A stretch of DNA of 64,000 bases. Origin: Oscillospiraceae bacterium (GTDB lineage: Bacteria > Bacillota > Clostridia > Oscillospirales > CAG-272). Below the pieces are notes generated by a model. That model was not told the DNA's origin. It saw only the letters and a list, made by a program, of their open reading frames with translations, and made no database searches. A program made the translations under genes and the position numbers. Positions 1 to 9,640 of the stretch are shown piece by piece; the stretch's first letter is position 1; the number at the start of each line of letters is the position of its first letter. The DNA lies in contig SVTQ01000005.1 of the NCBI GenBank assembly GCA_015063695.1, positions 5,572 to 69,571 on the forward strand, read 5' to 3'.

Positions 1-809
1 TCGTCAAAGGTTCTTGTCATACGTGAGACCTTCTTCTCACCGACCTGCTTTTTCAGCTCGTCTTCAAGTCCGAAGGCAACGAGGAGGTTAATATCCGTTT
101 CCGTTGTTTGGCCGCTCTCGAGGTGGTCAAGAGAAGCGTGAACGAATTCGTCGTATTCATCCTCGTTTGTAATCTCACCGTATTTATCGGGAGTTTTATC
201 GGAATAAGTTTTTTCTTCAGTTACAGGAGCTTCCTCTGCAGAAACTTCTTCAAAATCGGAAGTTGAATCAAAACCGCTGAGCGTTTCGATATCTTCAAAG
301 CCTTCGATTCCGCCGAACTGAGGAGTATCGTCGGCCATCAGCTCTGCGATCAGATCTTCATCAATGATGAATTCCTCATCATCACCCGTTACAAAGATTC
401 CCGAAGATTCAACTTCTTTTAAATCTTCCGCCTTTTCCTCGGATATTTCTGATGTATAAACCGGCTGAACAGGAACGGATTCCGAGCTTTCAAAGAGAGG
501 CTCGTCTTCGGTTTCTTCAAAAAACTCTGCGGGAATCTCAGTTGCGTATTCCACTGCTTCTTCTACGTCTCCGACAAGGTCAAAGAGAGAAGCGTCCTCT
601 TCTCCGCTGAAAAGGAAGGTATCATCTCCTTCCGTTTCTTCGGCATCGTGAACGTCATTCTCCAGATAAAATTCATTATCGGATTCTTTGCTTTCCGGGG
701 CGTGAGATGCCGCCGCCTTTTCCTCATCGGGCAAATACTTATCGAGAAGCGCCTGAAGATCAAGCTCTTCGTCATTATATTCTGTTTTTTTCTGGTCCTT
801 GTGGTCCAT
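1..809 (-). CDS. hypothetical, extremely acidic protein (3' end runs off the window)
   Basis: Own minus-strand translation from ATG at 809 (MDHKDQKKTEYNDEELDLQALLDKYLPDEEKAAASH...) stays open to position 1. It is absent from the ORF track because there is no stop inside the window. Asp/Glu-rich with no recognisable family. It begins 32 nt after the rlmB-like stop. Confidence 0.5.
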   Translation of the reverse strand, partial: MDHKDQKKTEYNDEELDLQALLDKYLPDEEKAAASHAPESKESDNEFYLENDVHDAEETEGDDTFLFSGEEDASLFDLVGDVEEAVEYATEIPAEFFEETEDEPLFESSESVPVQPVYTSEISEEKAEDLKEVESSGIFVTGDDEEFIIDEDLIAELMADDTPQFGGIEGFEDIETLSGFDSTSDFEEVSAEEAPVTEEKTYSDKTPDKYGEITNEDEYDEFVHASLDHLESGQTTETDINLLVAFGLEDELKKQVGEKKVSRMTRTFD

Positions 810-840
810 CGTGTCTGGTCCGTCCTTTCATCATTTTGTG

Positions 841-1929
841 TCAGGAGCGCTGCATTCTCGCCGCATGGCAAAGTATTACAGATGCCGCTGTTGACACATT
901 CAGTGAATTAACTTTTCCGTACATGGGTATTGAAACCGTAAAATCGGATCTTTCTTTTATAAGTCTGCTGACTCCGAAGCCCTCGCTTCCCAGCACTATC
1001 GCTGCGGGAACCTTGAAATCCGCTTCGTAGTAAGGAGTTCCGCCTGCTTCAGCGGCAAATATCCAGAGCCCCGCCTTTTTGAGCTTTTCAACAGCATCCG
1101 CAAGATTTGATACCTTTGCGATAGCCATGTGCTCAATAGCGCCTGCAGATGCTTTTGTAACAATAGGGGTGAGCCCCACCGCTCTTCTCTTGGGAATTAT
1201 AATTCCGTGAACGCCAGCACACTCTGCACATCTGATGACCGCGCCGAGGTTTTGAGGATCTTCAATGCCGTCTGCAATTACTATAAGGGGAGTTTCTCCT
1301 CTGTCCTTTGCTATCTGAAGGATAGAATCGATGTCCGTATACTGCTTTTCAGCCGCAAGTGCAACTACACCCTGATGGTGAGAGCCGCCTGCCAGCATAT
1401 CAAGCTTTGCGTCGTTTACTTCGACGATGGGAATCTTCTTACTTACGGCCTCAGCCACGATAACGACGATCGAGCCTTCGCGGGCACCGCTCTTAACGTA
1501 AAGCTTATCAACGCTTCTGTCACTTCTGAGAAGCTCTCTGACTGCGTTTCTGCCGACAACCGCGCCGGGAACACCACCGTCTCTGCCGTCATTTTCATCG
1601 TTTCTGCGCTGACCCTTCTTGCCCTTCTTACCGCCGTGCTCGTTTTTCTTGCCACCGCGATCAGCATAAGGTTCAAAGGAATCGTAAGCATCGGCAGTCT
1701 CAGGGATTATGTCGTCACCGTCGTCATAGAGATCAACGGGGATATACTTGCTCTTAGAATTCTTCTGACTGTAAAATTCATCAACACTTTCAAACTTCTT
1801 CTTTTCGGGTCTCACGCTCTTATCATAAGAAGCTGAATTCTTCGCACCGGAATTATTTCCTGTGTGGTATTTCTTTTTATTGTAAGGTTTATTATTATTG
1901 GGTTTTCTGTTCTTCCCGTTTTGTTCCAT
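841..1929 (-). CDS. rlmB: 23S rRNA 2'-O-ribose methyltransferase, TrmH/SpoU family (RlmB-like), with a Lys/Asn-rich N-terminal extension
   Basis: ORF 841..1977. The C-terminal ~240 aa carry SpoU methylase motifs (IADGIEDPQNLGAVIRCAECAGVHG, LGSEGFGVSRL, NSLNVSTAASV). Start moved to ATG 1929 (MEQNGK...), which has an AAAGGAAAA RBS just upstream. Confidence 0.85.
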   Translation of the reverse strand: MEQNGKNRKPNNNKPYNKKKYHTGNNSGAKNSASYDKSVRPEKKKFESVDEFYSQKNSKSKYIPVDLYDDGDDIIPETADAYDSFEPYADRGGKKNEHGGKKGKKGQRRNDENDGRDGGVPGAVVGRNAVRELLRSDRSVDKLYVKSGAREGSIVVIVAEAVSKKIPIVEVNDAKLDMLAGGSHHQGVVALAAEKQYTDIDSILQIAKDRGETPLIVIADGIEDPQNLGAVIRCAECAGVHGIIIPKRRAVGLTPIVTKASAGAIEHMAIAKVSNLADAVEKLKKAGLWIFAAEAGGTPYYEADFKVPAAIVLGSEGFGVSRLIKERSDFTVSIPMYGKVNSLNVSTAASVILCHAARMQRS

Positions 1930-2133
1930 GTATAGTTTTCCTTTACTGTTTCGCTGTAAAATCCAATAATACTGCAATTTTACTCTGCTTATTATAACAT
2001 AATATTATTAAAAAGTATATAGTTTTAGATAATTTTCTTTATTTTTTATCGAGACAAAATCTTCCCGCTTTCCATACCATAATATTTTACCCCGATTATT
2101 TTTATTCTCACCACGGTTCTGCCTCTCCTTCGG

Positions 2134-2166
2134 CAAACAAAAAGGAGAGGTGAAGAACACCTCTCC
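2134..2166 (-). terminator. rho-independent terminator after the zinc-ribbon gene
   Basis: GGAGAGGTG-AAGAA-CACCTCTCC (2144-2166), followed on the minus strand by TTTTTGTTTG. Confidence 0.6.
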
Positions 2167-2187
2167 GTATCAGTCGGAATATATTAA

Positions 2188-2469
2188 TTATTCAGGCTTA
2201 TTCTGCGCATTTCTCATTGCGTTGAAGCAATCTCTGCAGTAGATGGGTCTGTCGTTTGTAGGTTCAAAGTTGATTACAGCTTCGCCGCCGCACTGAGCGC
2301 ATACTGTTGTAATCATTACCTTGCCTGCATTTTTACGGGCCATGCGGCACTTCTTGCACTTTTTGGGCTCGTTCTGATAACCCTGCTTTTCGTAGAATTC
2401 CTGTTCACCTACTGTAAACACGAACTCTTCACCGCATGAATTACATGTAATGGTCTTGTCTTCAAACAT
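2188..2469 (-). CDS. small zinc-ribbon protein (CxxC-x17-CxxC type)
   Basis: 93 aa with two Cys pairs (CNSC...CKKC and CAQC-x17-CRDC). Compact ORF with its own terminator. Confidence 0.7.
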   Translation of the reverse strand: MFEDKTITCNSCGEEFVFTVGEQEFYEKQGYQNEPKKCKKCRMARKNAGKVMITTVCAQCGGEAVINFEPTNDRPIYCRDCFNAMRNAQNKPE

Positions 2470-2580
2470 TTTGTACCTCGCTTAAAGTATAAAAAAATTA
2501 ACTGCCCCGATCGGACTTAAACCGACACCTTTGATATCAACGCTCTACTTAAGCTACGAGGACGTATGGACGTATTGAAA

Positions 2581-3150
2581 TCACTTTTTGTATATGGTCT
2601 TTATCTTTTCCTTACTGCGATACACCGCATTGTTGACAGATTTTTCATCCTTACCCAGTTCCGACGAGATCTCCGATGCACTGAGACCTTCGATGTATCT
2701 GGAAAAGACAGCATATTCATAAGTTGTGAGAGCCTTCGCCAGCACTTCCAGCACGGCAGACTTATCCTCTCTGAGGGGAGAATCCGCAAAGAAGGTTTCA
2801 AAGGTGTGCTCCCGACTAAGTCTTTCCACCGCTTCCCCTTCTTTTCTGTGTCTGCTGCGAACTTTTCTCAGCACAGATACGGCACAGTTTTCAAGACATC
2901 TTTTAGCAAACTTTCCAAAGGTGACCTTATCCTGCTCCGCATTAAAGCTTTTGCAAGCTCTGTACAGAGCGAGAGACAATTCCTGCTTTAAGTCTGTGTC
3001 TGAAAAATCTCCGAATTCTTTAAAGGACGGTCTGAACTTATGACAAACCGCCATAACAAGAGGATCAAACCTCTCTACGATTTCTTCAAAAGCATCATCA
3101 CTGCCTTTTTTCACTTTTGTAATAAGTGATATAAGTTCTTTATCCTGCAT
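2581..3150 (-). CDS. sigma-70 family RNA polymerase sigma factor, SigH-like
   Basis: Region 2 (FEEIVERFDPLVMAVCHKF). A SigH-like middle segment (DKVTFGKFAKRCLENCAVSVLRKVRSRHRK). A region 4 HTH (LTTYEYAVFSRYIEGLSASEISSELGKDEKSVNNAVYRSKEKIK). Proximity to rlmB recalls the Bacillus rlmB-yacP-sigH neighbourhood. Start moved to ATG 3150 (GGGAGA RBS). Confidence 0.75.
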   Translation of the reverse strand: MQDKELISLITKVKKGSDDAFEEIVERFDPLVMAVCHKFRPSFKEFGDFSDTDLKQELSLALYRACKSFNAEQDKVTFGKFAKRCLENCAVSVLRKVRSRHRKEGEAVERLSREHTFETFFADSPLREDKSAVLEVLAKALTTYEYAVFSRYIEGLSASEISSELGKDEKSVNNAVYRSKEKIKTIYKK

Positions 3151-3305
3151 ATTTCTCCCGGGATGGCGCCCTTTTTCCACTGTTTTTACACAGTTCTTTT
3201 CTAAATTAGTATACCATATTTTACAAAAATGTCAATATATTTTTAAAATATATTTCCAAAATACTAAGTTGATTTCAAAACAATCCATTCTCTTGTAACA
3301 AATGC

Positions 3306-3337
3306 ACAAGCCGCACATAAAAAACAGTGCGGCTTGT
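3306..3337 (-). terminator. terminator-like hairpin after the DUF4364-like gene
   Basis: ACAAGCCGCAC-10 nt-GTGCGGCTTGT. The downstream U-tract on the minus strand is weak. Confidence 0.4.
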
Positions 3338-3443
3338 ATAAATATAGATTAATTTTGCGATATCGCAAACTTTTTAGTTATTTACCTTGAAAAGTATAGA
3401 TTAATTTACACAACAGAACAAAATCCACGGGAAACCGAGCGAA

Positions 3444-4103
3444 TTATTGTTCAAAAAGATAATTTACGTCTCCGCTCATAAGGGCAACGATTCCGCGGAA
3501 TATGACCTCGGGTCGTTCATCAAAATTCCCCATCATTCTGTCAAGCTGATAACGGCTGTCTGCGCGGACGGTAAGGTCCATGGCAAGACCGTCTTTATCG
3601 GATATCTTACAGTTAACCAGATATCTTTCCCCATCTTCGGTGTAGCTTTTTTCAAAGGTTGCACCTCTCTTTTTAAGAGAAAGGTGACGCAGTGCGCTTC
3701 GGTAACTTCTTTCGCGTACGGATTCCATAAGACTGTCTGCAAGTCCTATGGCTACGGCATGTCCCTTCTCACTGACTTCATACAGCTTTCTGGGCTTCTT
3801 TGCCTCGTCCTCTTCCGTATACTGTATTTCGTATTCTTCCTCGACCCCGTCAAAAGGAGCAACATCGGGATCATCGAGAATACTGTTTGTTTTTTCGGGA
3901 CCGTCTCCGTCGGGATATATCTCTCTTATATGACCTGCCTCCACAAGGGCGAAAAAGCACTCGGCAAAATCAAAAAAACTGACCACACTATCCTGCATCA
4001 CGATAGAGCCTATACTGGGATAATCAAGGGGATAGCCTATTTTATCAAGAAGATACAAAATGAATATCTTTATTTCATTGGCATCTGTCAGCAGTGACCT
4101 CAT
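3444..4103 (-). CDS. DUF4364-like protein (putative winged-helix regulator)
   Basis: The N-terminus MRSLLTDANEIKIFILYLLDKIGYPLDYPSIGSIVMQD resembles the DUF4364 family, from memory. Start moved to ATG 4103 with an AAAGGAG RBS. Confidence 0.55.
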   Translation of the reverse strand: MRSLLTDANEIKIFILYLLDKIGYPLDYPSIGSIVMQDSVVSFFDFAECFFALVEAGHIREIYPDGDGPEKTNSILDDPDVAPFDGVEEEYEIQYTEEDEAKKPRKLYEVSEKGHAVAIGLADSLMESVRERSYRSALRHLSLKKRGATFEKSYTEDGERYLVNCKISDKDGLAMDLTVRADSRYQLDRMMGNFDERPEVIFRGIVALMSGDVNYLFEQ

Positions 4104-4269
4104 ATTTACTCCTTTCTGCAGTTTCGGCAAATGGCAAAAACTACTGATATTAAATGGGTATAAAAACCAAGAACCCGACCCTGCCTACGCATAACGCGAA
4201 AGGCGCGGACGGATACACAAAATCTCTGTTTACCTGCAACGGTCTTTTTAAACAAGACCGTTTAGTGAA

Positions 4270-4299
4270 GGATAACGGGAGGCGCGCCTCCCGTTATCC
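4270..4299. repeat. perfect 30-nt palindrome (terminator-like, no U-tract)
   Basis: GGATAACGGGAGGCG|CGCCTCCCGTTATCC, 25 nt downstream of the SBP gene stop. There is no T-run on either side. Confidence 0.8.
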
Positions 4300-4324
4300 G
4301 TATATTCGGTTGTTAAAGTGACGA

Positions 4325-6103
4325 TTATTCTACTTCGTTGAGGTAATCGTCAGCGTTTGTTGTTTCGCCTTCGGCAGTTTCGTTTTCAAGCTTATAGGAC
4401 ATGTAGTCCTTCATCATCATGCGCTTAAAGTCACGACCGAAGTATGTTGCATCCATATCACTGAGAACGTCAGAGAAGAGGAATGCATCCTGTTCGAAGA
4501 ATATAGGCATAACAACTGCATCTTCGAGGAGCTTATCTTCTGCCTGGTGCAGGAGAGCCCCGATCTCAGCTTTATCTGCAGATGCATAAATGCTTTCAAA
4601 GATAGCATTGTATTCTTCGCTGTTGTATCCGTTTACGTGGCCGTACATGGGATAGTCTTCGGAATCCATTTCAACGCCGTTACCGGAGAACGCTGTTGCA
4701 AAAGGAGCAAGCGCACCATATGCTTCGGATGTGAGCATCTGAGCATCAACTGCCATTACGTCATAGTCACCCTTTGCATAAGCTGTTGCGAAATCATCAA
4801 CTACGATAGTACTGTCGTTTGCATCATAGGAGTAGCTGAGAACTCTGATCTTAACTGTGAGACCAAGCTGTTCCCATACGCTCTTTACATATTCGGCAAC
4901 TGCAAAATCAACCTCGTCATCTCTTACGGAAATAGTAAGTGTTCCGCCGTTTACGCCTGCCTTCTTAATAAGGGACTGCGCTCCTGCAAGGTCGGCAGTT
5001 GTAGAAATAGCAGCTCCGTCAGCGTCAGCAACGTCACGGAAGCTCTTACCCTTTTCCGCATCGTTTACAGTGAGAGGAATAAATCCTGTTGCGGGCTTAG
5101 CATACTTAACGATGTTTACGATCTCTTCTCTGTCGATTGCCATAGAGAGAGCACGTCTTACGTCAGCATTTGCAAGGAGCTCGTTGTTGAGGTTAAAGTA
5201 GTATGTATGAGTTGCACTGATATCGGTCGCGTTTGCGTAGTCTGCATATTCTTCTCTTGATTCAAGAGGAATCTCGCCGAGATAGAAGAGTTCGCCGCAA
5301 AGGAGAGCATCAAGCTGGTCGGCAAGTGTACCGATATCGTAGTGTGTGATAATTCTGTAAGGAATAACGTACTTATCGAGGGGATCGTTTTCCTCTGTGT
5401 TACGGTAGTAGTATGCGCTTCTTTCAAGACGCATTGTTTCGCCGTATGTAAGTTCCTTAACGTCGAAGGGACCGTTTGTGATCATTGTGGAAGCCTTCTT
5501 AGCCCAGTTAGCGTTTTCGGAAACGATATCTTCACGAAGGGGAACGAGGGCGGGGCTTGCAACAGTTCTGAAGAAGCTGTCAAGGTCGATCTTCTTTTCG
5601 AATTCTATCTCAAGAACGTAAGTTTCGATAGCGGATACACCAAAGTCGTCAATGGACATATCGCCCATCTTTACTTCGCGTGCATTCTTAATATCGTAAA
5701 GCATAGAAGCAGCTTCACACTTGAATTCGGGTTCAAGGATTCTCTTCCATGCAAATACAATGTCGTTTGCCTGAACAGGCCTTGAGTCACTCCACTTTGT
5801 ATCTCTGAGTGTAATTTCAATTTTAAATCCGTCTGCATCATCCTGAGACACTACGTAGTCCTTCATAAGGGCCTTTTCCCAGTTTCCTTCGGAATCAAGA
5901 CGTGTAAGACCTTCAAAAACCAAGGACAGTATCTTGGCACATGAAGCATCGGTAAAACCGAATGCGGGGTCATAGTTGTAAATCTCGTTGGTAAGGTATA
6001 CATCGATCACAGCACCCTTATCGTCTTCTTCCAGCGTTGTGCAGGAAGTAAAGGTGCAAACAAGCATGATCATGCAGAGAACCAGCGCCAAAACTCTTTT
6101 CAT
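4325..6103 (-). CDS. ABC transporter substrate-binding lipoprotein, family 5 (peptide/nickel type)
   Basis: Lipoprotein signal MKRVLALVLCMIMLVCTFTSC. Length 592 aa, with overall SBP_bac_5-like sequence. No permease or ATPase genes are adjacent. Confidence 0.8.
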   Translation of the reverse strand: MKRVLALVLCMIMLVCTFTSCTTLEEDDKGAVIDVYLTNEIYNYDPAFGFTDASCAKILSLVFEGLTRLDSEGNWEKALMKDYVVSQDDADGFKIEITLRDTKWSDSRPVQANDIVFAWKRILEPEFKCEAASMLYDIKNAREVKMGDMSIDDFGVSAIETYVLEIEFEKKIDLDSFFRTVASPALVPLREDIVSENANWAKKASTMITNGPFDVKELTYGETMRLERSAYYYRNTEENDPLDKYVIPYRIITHYDIGTLADQLDALLCGELFYLGEIPLESREEYADYANATDISATHTYYFNLNNELLANADVRRALSMAIDREEIVNIVKYAKPATGFIPLTVNDAEKGKSFRDVADADGAAISTTADLAGAQSLIKKAGVNGGTLTISVRDDEVDFAVAEYVKSVWEQLGLTVKIRVLSYSYDANDSTIVVDDFATAYAKGDYDVMAVDAQMLTSEAYGALAPFATAFSGNGVEMDSEDYPMYGHVNGYNSEEYNAIFESIYASADKAEIGALLHQAEDKLLEDAVVMPIFFEQDAFLFSDVLSDMDATYFGRDFKRMMMKDYMSYKLENETAEGETTNADDYLNEVE

Positions 6104-6424
6104 AATTCGGGTATTCCTCCTTGTTTATGCCAAAGTATATTTCTTCAGCATATTCATAATCCACTTTATATATCACCTTTTAAATAATAAATCAATATGC
6201 TGTATTTAACCTATTTTTCGGTTTTCACACTTTCGTTGACATGCACAATAATAGCGCAGTCATATTATCAAAAATACACAATATTATTATAATATAAAAC
6301 GACAATACATCTGCCTAAAAAATAAACCCTACTCCCTTCACGCAAATATCATTCACCGGGCTGAATAATTCCCCTCTTTTCGGCAAACGAATAAATAAAG
6401 CAAAGTGTTGCGGAGGAAAACAAA

Positions 6425-7330
6425 ATGAAAGAAACAAATTGCAAACAAAAATACATCAGAACCGATCTCGCCTGCGAAAGCGGAAGGATCTCTCCCGACA
6501 AATACGAGAGCGCGGTATATTCTCGCCGAGAAGAAGGAGCGGTTGTAACGGAACGGCTTCACGTTCCCGACGAAAAAGCAGAAAAAGAAACGGGAAAACC
6601 CAAAGGTTCGTACACCACCGTATTTGCGCCCACGCTGAAAAATTATTATTTAAAGGATGACAGTGCGGGAGAAATTCTAAGCCGAGAAATAAAGGAAATG
6701 GCAGAAAAGCTTCTGGATCACGAGATCACGTCTTCGACAAGAGTTCTTATTGCAGGACTTGGAAACAGATTTATAACTGCCGACTCACTGGGACCGCTCA
6801 CTGCTGACAAGATACACGCCACCCGCCACGCCAAGGGAGCACTTCCCGTTCTTGAGAAGCTTGGTTGCAGTGAAATATCAGTCATTCACACGGGAGTCAT
6901 GGGACAGACGGGAATCGAAAGCGGCGAACTTATAAAAGGGACTGTGGGCAAGGTACGTCCCGAGCTTGTGATAGCCGTCGATGCGCTGGCAGCAAGAAGC
7001 CCTTCGCGACTTGCAACCACGGTTCAGCTATCCGACTCGGGCATATCCCCCGGCGCGGGCATCGGAAACAGAAGAAAGGCAATAAACGCTTCTTCCGTGG
7101 GATGTCCCGTCATCGCAATAGGTGTGCCCACCATAGTCGACTCCTCCACTCTCATCTATGATGCTCTCGAAAGAAGCGGAATTACAGATATATCCTCTCC
7201 TTTAAAAAAGATTCTCGACAATTCAAAAAGCTTCTTTGTTTCACTCAACGATTCCGACATGGTGATAGAATTCCTCTCAGACGTTATCTCCTTTGCCATC
7301 AACAAAGTTTTCGGAACTGAAAGTCTGTAA
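6425..7330 (+). CDS. gpr: GPR endopeptidase (spore germination protease)
   Basis: IRTDLACE near the N-terminus, GLGNRFITADSLGP and VIAVDALAARS motifs. Followed by spoIIP, as in Bacillus. Confidence 0.9.
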   Translation: MKETNCKQKYIRTDLACESGRISPDKYESAVYSRREEGAVVTERLHVPDEKAEKETGKPKGSYTTVFAPTLKNYYLKDDSAGEILSREIKEMAEKLLDHEITSSTRVLIAGLGNRFITADSLGPLTADKIHATRHAKGALPVLEKLGCSEISVIHTGVMGQTGIESGELIKGTVGKVRPELVIAVDALAARSPSRLATTVQLSDSGISPGAGIGNRRKAINASSVGCPVIAIGVPTIVDSSTLIYDALERSGITDISSPLKKILDNSKSFFVSLNDSDMVIEFLSDVISFAINKVFGTESL

Positions 7331-7409
7331 TATACCGCACCGCATCGTCATATATTTGAGCAGAAGGATATTTCCTTTTTGTATTCAAAACAAAGGAGTA
7401 TAAAGAAAG

Positions 7410-8681
7410 ATGGACAACCCGATATTTGAAAACAACGTAAAGGATGAGGCAGCGGACTCTTCCCTGCCCGAGCCGAGAGAGCCTTTCGAAATACTTGAAT
7501 ATATGCAAGGCGGCGAGGTCATTCCTTACAAGCCTGACCCTTACGAAAAAACCACGTCCGACAATGAGGAGAAAAAGACGGAAGAGAGGTTTTTACTAAA
7601 GCTTACGGGGCGTATACTTGCTCTGTTTTTCTGTGCGATATCTCTTTTTATCCACTGCTCAGCCGCCGTATCAATTGCAGAGAAGATCAACACAAAAGAC
7701 CTTGAACGCATTTTTATCAGTGAAGTTTTAGGATATTCGTTCTTGCTTTCCGATGCTGAAGAAAGCATAGAAGATACAAAAGAGGACACAGCAGATAATA
7801 GTATTGCGGACGTCACGGAACCGAGCGAAAGCGGAGAGCTTCCCGAAAGCTATCCTATAGAAAAAGCAGACCTCTCCGTTTCGGAAAAGAATGCTTTCTC
7901 TCTCAATAATCAGACCTATTTTTCAGTAAAAGCAAGTGAGCTTATGGAAAAGGGACACTCCGTCCCCGACCTTGACAGCATATACGGAGAATACGGAAAA
8001 AGCGCTCCTGCCGTGCTTATCATCCACACCCACGGAACAGAAGCATACTCCGAAAACACGGAAAGCTACACATCGGAAAGCCCCTTCCGAAGCGACGACA
8101 TTTCAAAAAATGTAGTTGCAGTGGGAGACGTTATGGAAAAGGTCTTTCTCGATGCAGGAATTAACGTTATCCATGACAGAACTCTATACGATAAAAGCTC
8201 CTACCGCGATTCCTACAACAGAAGCCGCGCCGCAGTAGCGGAGCATCTTGAGAAAAATCCGTCCATCACTTATATTTTCGACGTTCACAGAGACGCGATA
8301 ATAAGAGAGGACAAAACGGCGATCTGCCCCGTGGGTACATACAACGGAAAAGAGGTTGCTCAGGTGATGACCGTCGTGGGCACAGACCAGGACGGAGCAG
8401 ACCACAAGGATTGGAGGCTTAATCTCGCCCTCGCACTCAGCGTACAAAAAGAGCTTGTAAGTGATGCCCCGGGCATTGCGCGAAGCATAAATCTCAGGAC
8501 TTCCGCTTTTAACCAAGGACTTTCAAGGGGATATCTTCTCCTTGAGATAGGTTCCTGCACCAACACTCTCACGCAGGCAAAGAGAGGAGCAGTAATCAGT
8601 GCGGTCGCTCTGACCAAGGTTATAAAAAACGAAACTCATTCCACGGCTATTGAAGTTCTTATGGAGAAATACGCAAAATAA
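7410..8681 (+). CDS. spoIIP: stage II sporulation protein P
   Basis: An N-terminal TM segment, then a SpoIIP amidase-like domain (LIIHTHGTEAY, IFDVHRD, SRGYLLLEIG). Conserved gpr-spoIIP synteny. Confidence 0.85.
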   Translation: MDNPIFENNVKDEAADSSLPEPREPFEILEYMQGGEVIPYKPDPYEKTTSDNEEKKTEERFLLKLTGRILALFFCAISLFIHCSAAVSIAEKINTKDLERIFISEVLGYSFLLSDAEESIEDTKEDTADNSIADVTEPSESGELPESYPIEKADLSVSEKNAFSLNNQTYFSVKASELMEKGHSVPDLDSIYGEYGKSAPAVLIIHTHGTEAYSENTESYTSESPFRSDDISKNVVAVGDVMEKVFLDAGINVIHDRTLYDKSSYRDSYNRSRAAVAEHLEKNPSITYIFDVHRDAIIREDKTAICPVGTYNGKEVAQVMTVVGTDQDGADHKDWRLNLALALSVQKELVSDAPGIARSINLRTSAFNQGLSRGYLLLEIGSCTNTLTQAKRGAVISAVALTKVIKNETHSTAIEVLMEKYAK

Positions 8682-8784
8682 CTTAATTTATCCGTAATAT
8701 TGATTTTCCATACGGATTATGGTAAAATCAATAAAGCAGAAGTTCAAAGCGCCGAATATTCGGCGTTCCCGAAAGGACACGGAT

Positions 8785-9630
8785 ATGGAAAAGAAAGTTA
8801 TAATAGGTATAGATATAGGCGGAAGCACCACCAAGATCGTTGGCTTTGATATAACAAACGGAGAAAAGAAGCTTATAACTCCTTTGTTTGTCCGCGCCAC
8901 CGACCCCATCACCTCGGTCTTCGGAGCTTTCGGACGATTCACCTCGGAAAACGCCCTTGAGCTCTCAGATATTTCAAAGGTGATGATAACGGGCGCAGGT
9001 TCCTCCTTTTTGAAAAAGCCTCTTTACGGGCTTCCCTGCGAGATAATCTCAGAATTCAGAAGCATCGGTCTCGGGGGCCTTTACCTCAGCGGTTTCGAAA
9101 GATCGATCATAACAAGCATGGGTACCGGTACGGCTCTCGTTTATGCCGAAAAAGGAAAAGAGCCCGTTTACATGGGCGGCACGGGCATCGGCGGAGGTAC
9201 TCTCATGGGACTTTCAAGACAGATGCTCGGCATGGACAATATTGAGCACATCGCAGACCTTGCAAAGGACGGCGACCTTGACAAAATCGACCTTAAAATC
9301 GACGACATCACAAGCAACGATATCGTCGGTGGGTTTTCCGACGTTATGACTGCATCAAACTTCGGCAACATCAGTGACCTCGCTACAAAAAGCGACATCG
9401 CCCTCGGCATCATGAACATGGTCTTTGAAACTGTCGGCATGATAAGCATTTTCGCGGCAAGGAATTACGGTCTTCGCGATATTGTAATTACGGGAAATCT
9501 GACGGGAACAGAGATGGCAAAAACTGCATTTGGGCTGTTCAACAGAATGTTTGACATGAATTTTGTTCTTCCCGAAAACTCACAGTTCGGAACTGTTATC
9601 GGTGCAGCTCTTGCAGGATGCGAAGAATAA
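8785..9630 (+). CDS. coaW: type II pantothenate kinase (CoaW-like, ASKHA fold)
   Basis: GIDIGGSTTKIVG, SMGTGTALV, GGTGIGGGTLMGLS, GDLDKIDLKIDDI and TASNFG align by eye with staphylococcal CoaW. Start moved to ATG 8785 (AAAGGA RBS). Confidence 0.75.
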   Translation: MEKKVIIGIDIGGSTTKIVGFDITNGEKKLITPLFVRATDPITSVFGAFGRFTSENALELSDISKVMITGAGSSFLKKPLYGLPCEIISEFRSIGLGGLYLSGFERSIITSMGTGTALVYAEKGKEPVYMGGTGIGGGTLMGLSRQMLGMDNIEHIADLAKDGDLDKIDLKIDDITSNDIVGGFSDVMTASNFGNISDLATKSDIALGIMNMVFETVGMISIFAARNYGLRDIVITGNLTGTEMAKTAFGLFNRMFDMNFVLPENSQFGTVIGAALAGCEE

Positions 9631-9640
9631 ATTACACACA

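Noticed and set aside
2497-2560. tRNA-like fragment on the minus strand (CCTCG TA GCTTAAGTAGAGC ... GTCGG TTTAAGT CCGAT CGGGG) between the sigma factor and zinc-ribbon genes.
   Set aside because: It is only about 57 nt. The anticodon arm is replaced by the palindrome TTGATATCAA and the acceptor stem is 5 bp. It is followed by a T-run, so it is more likely a compound terminator of the sigma gene than a tRNA or tRNA pseudogene.
6362-6391. Forespore-type (sigma-G/F-like) promoter upstream of gpr: TGAATA (6362-6367) and CAAACGA (6384-6390).
   Set aside because: The -35 is good, but the spacer is 16 nt rather than 17-18. The -10 matches only 5 of 7 positions of CATACTA. This is too weak to call without a mapped transcription start.
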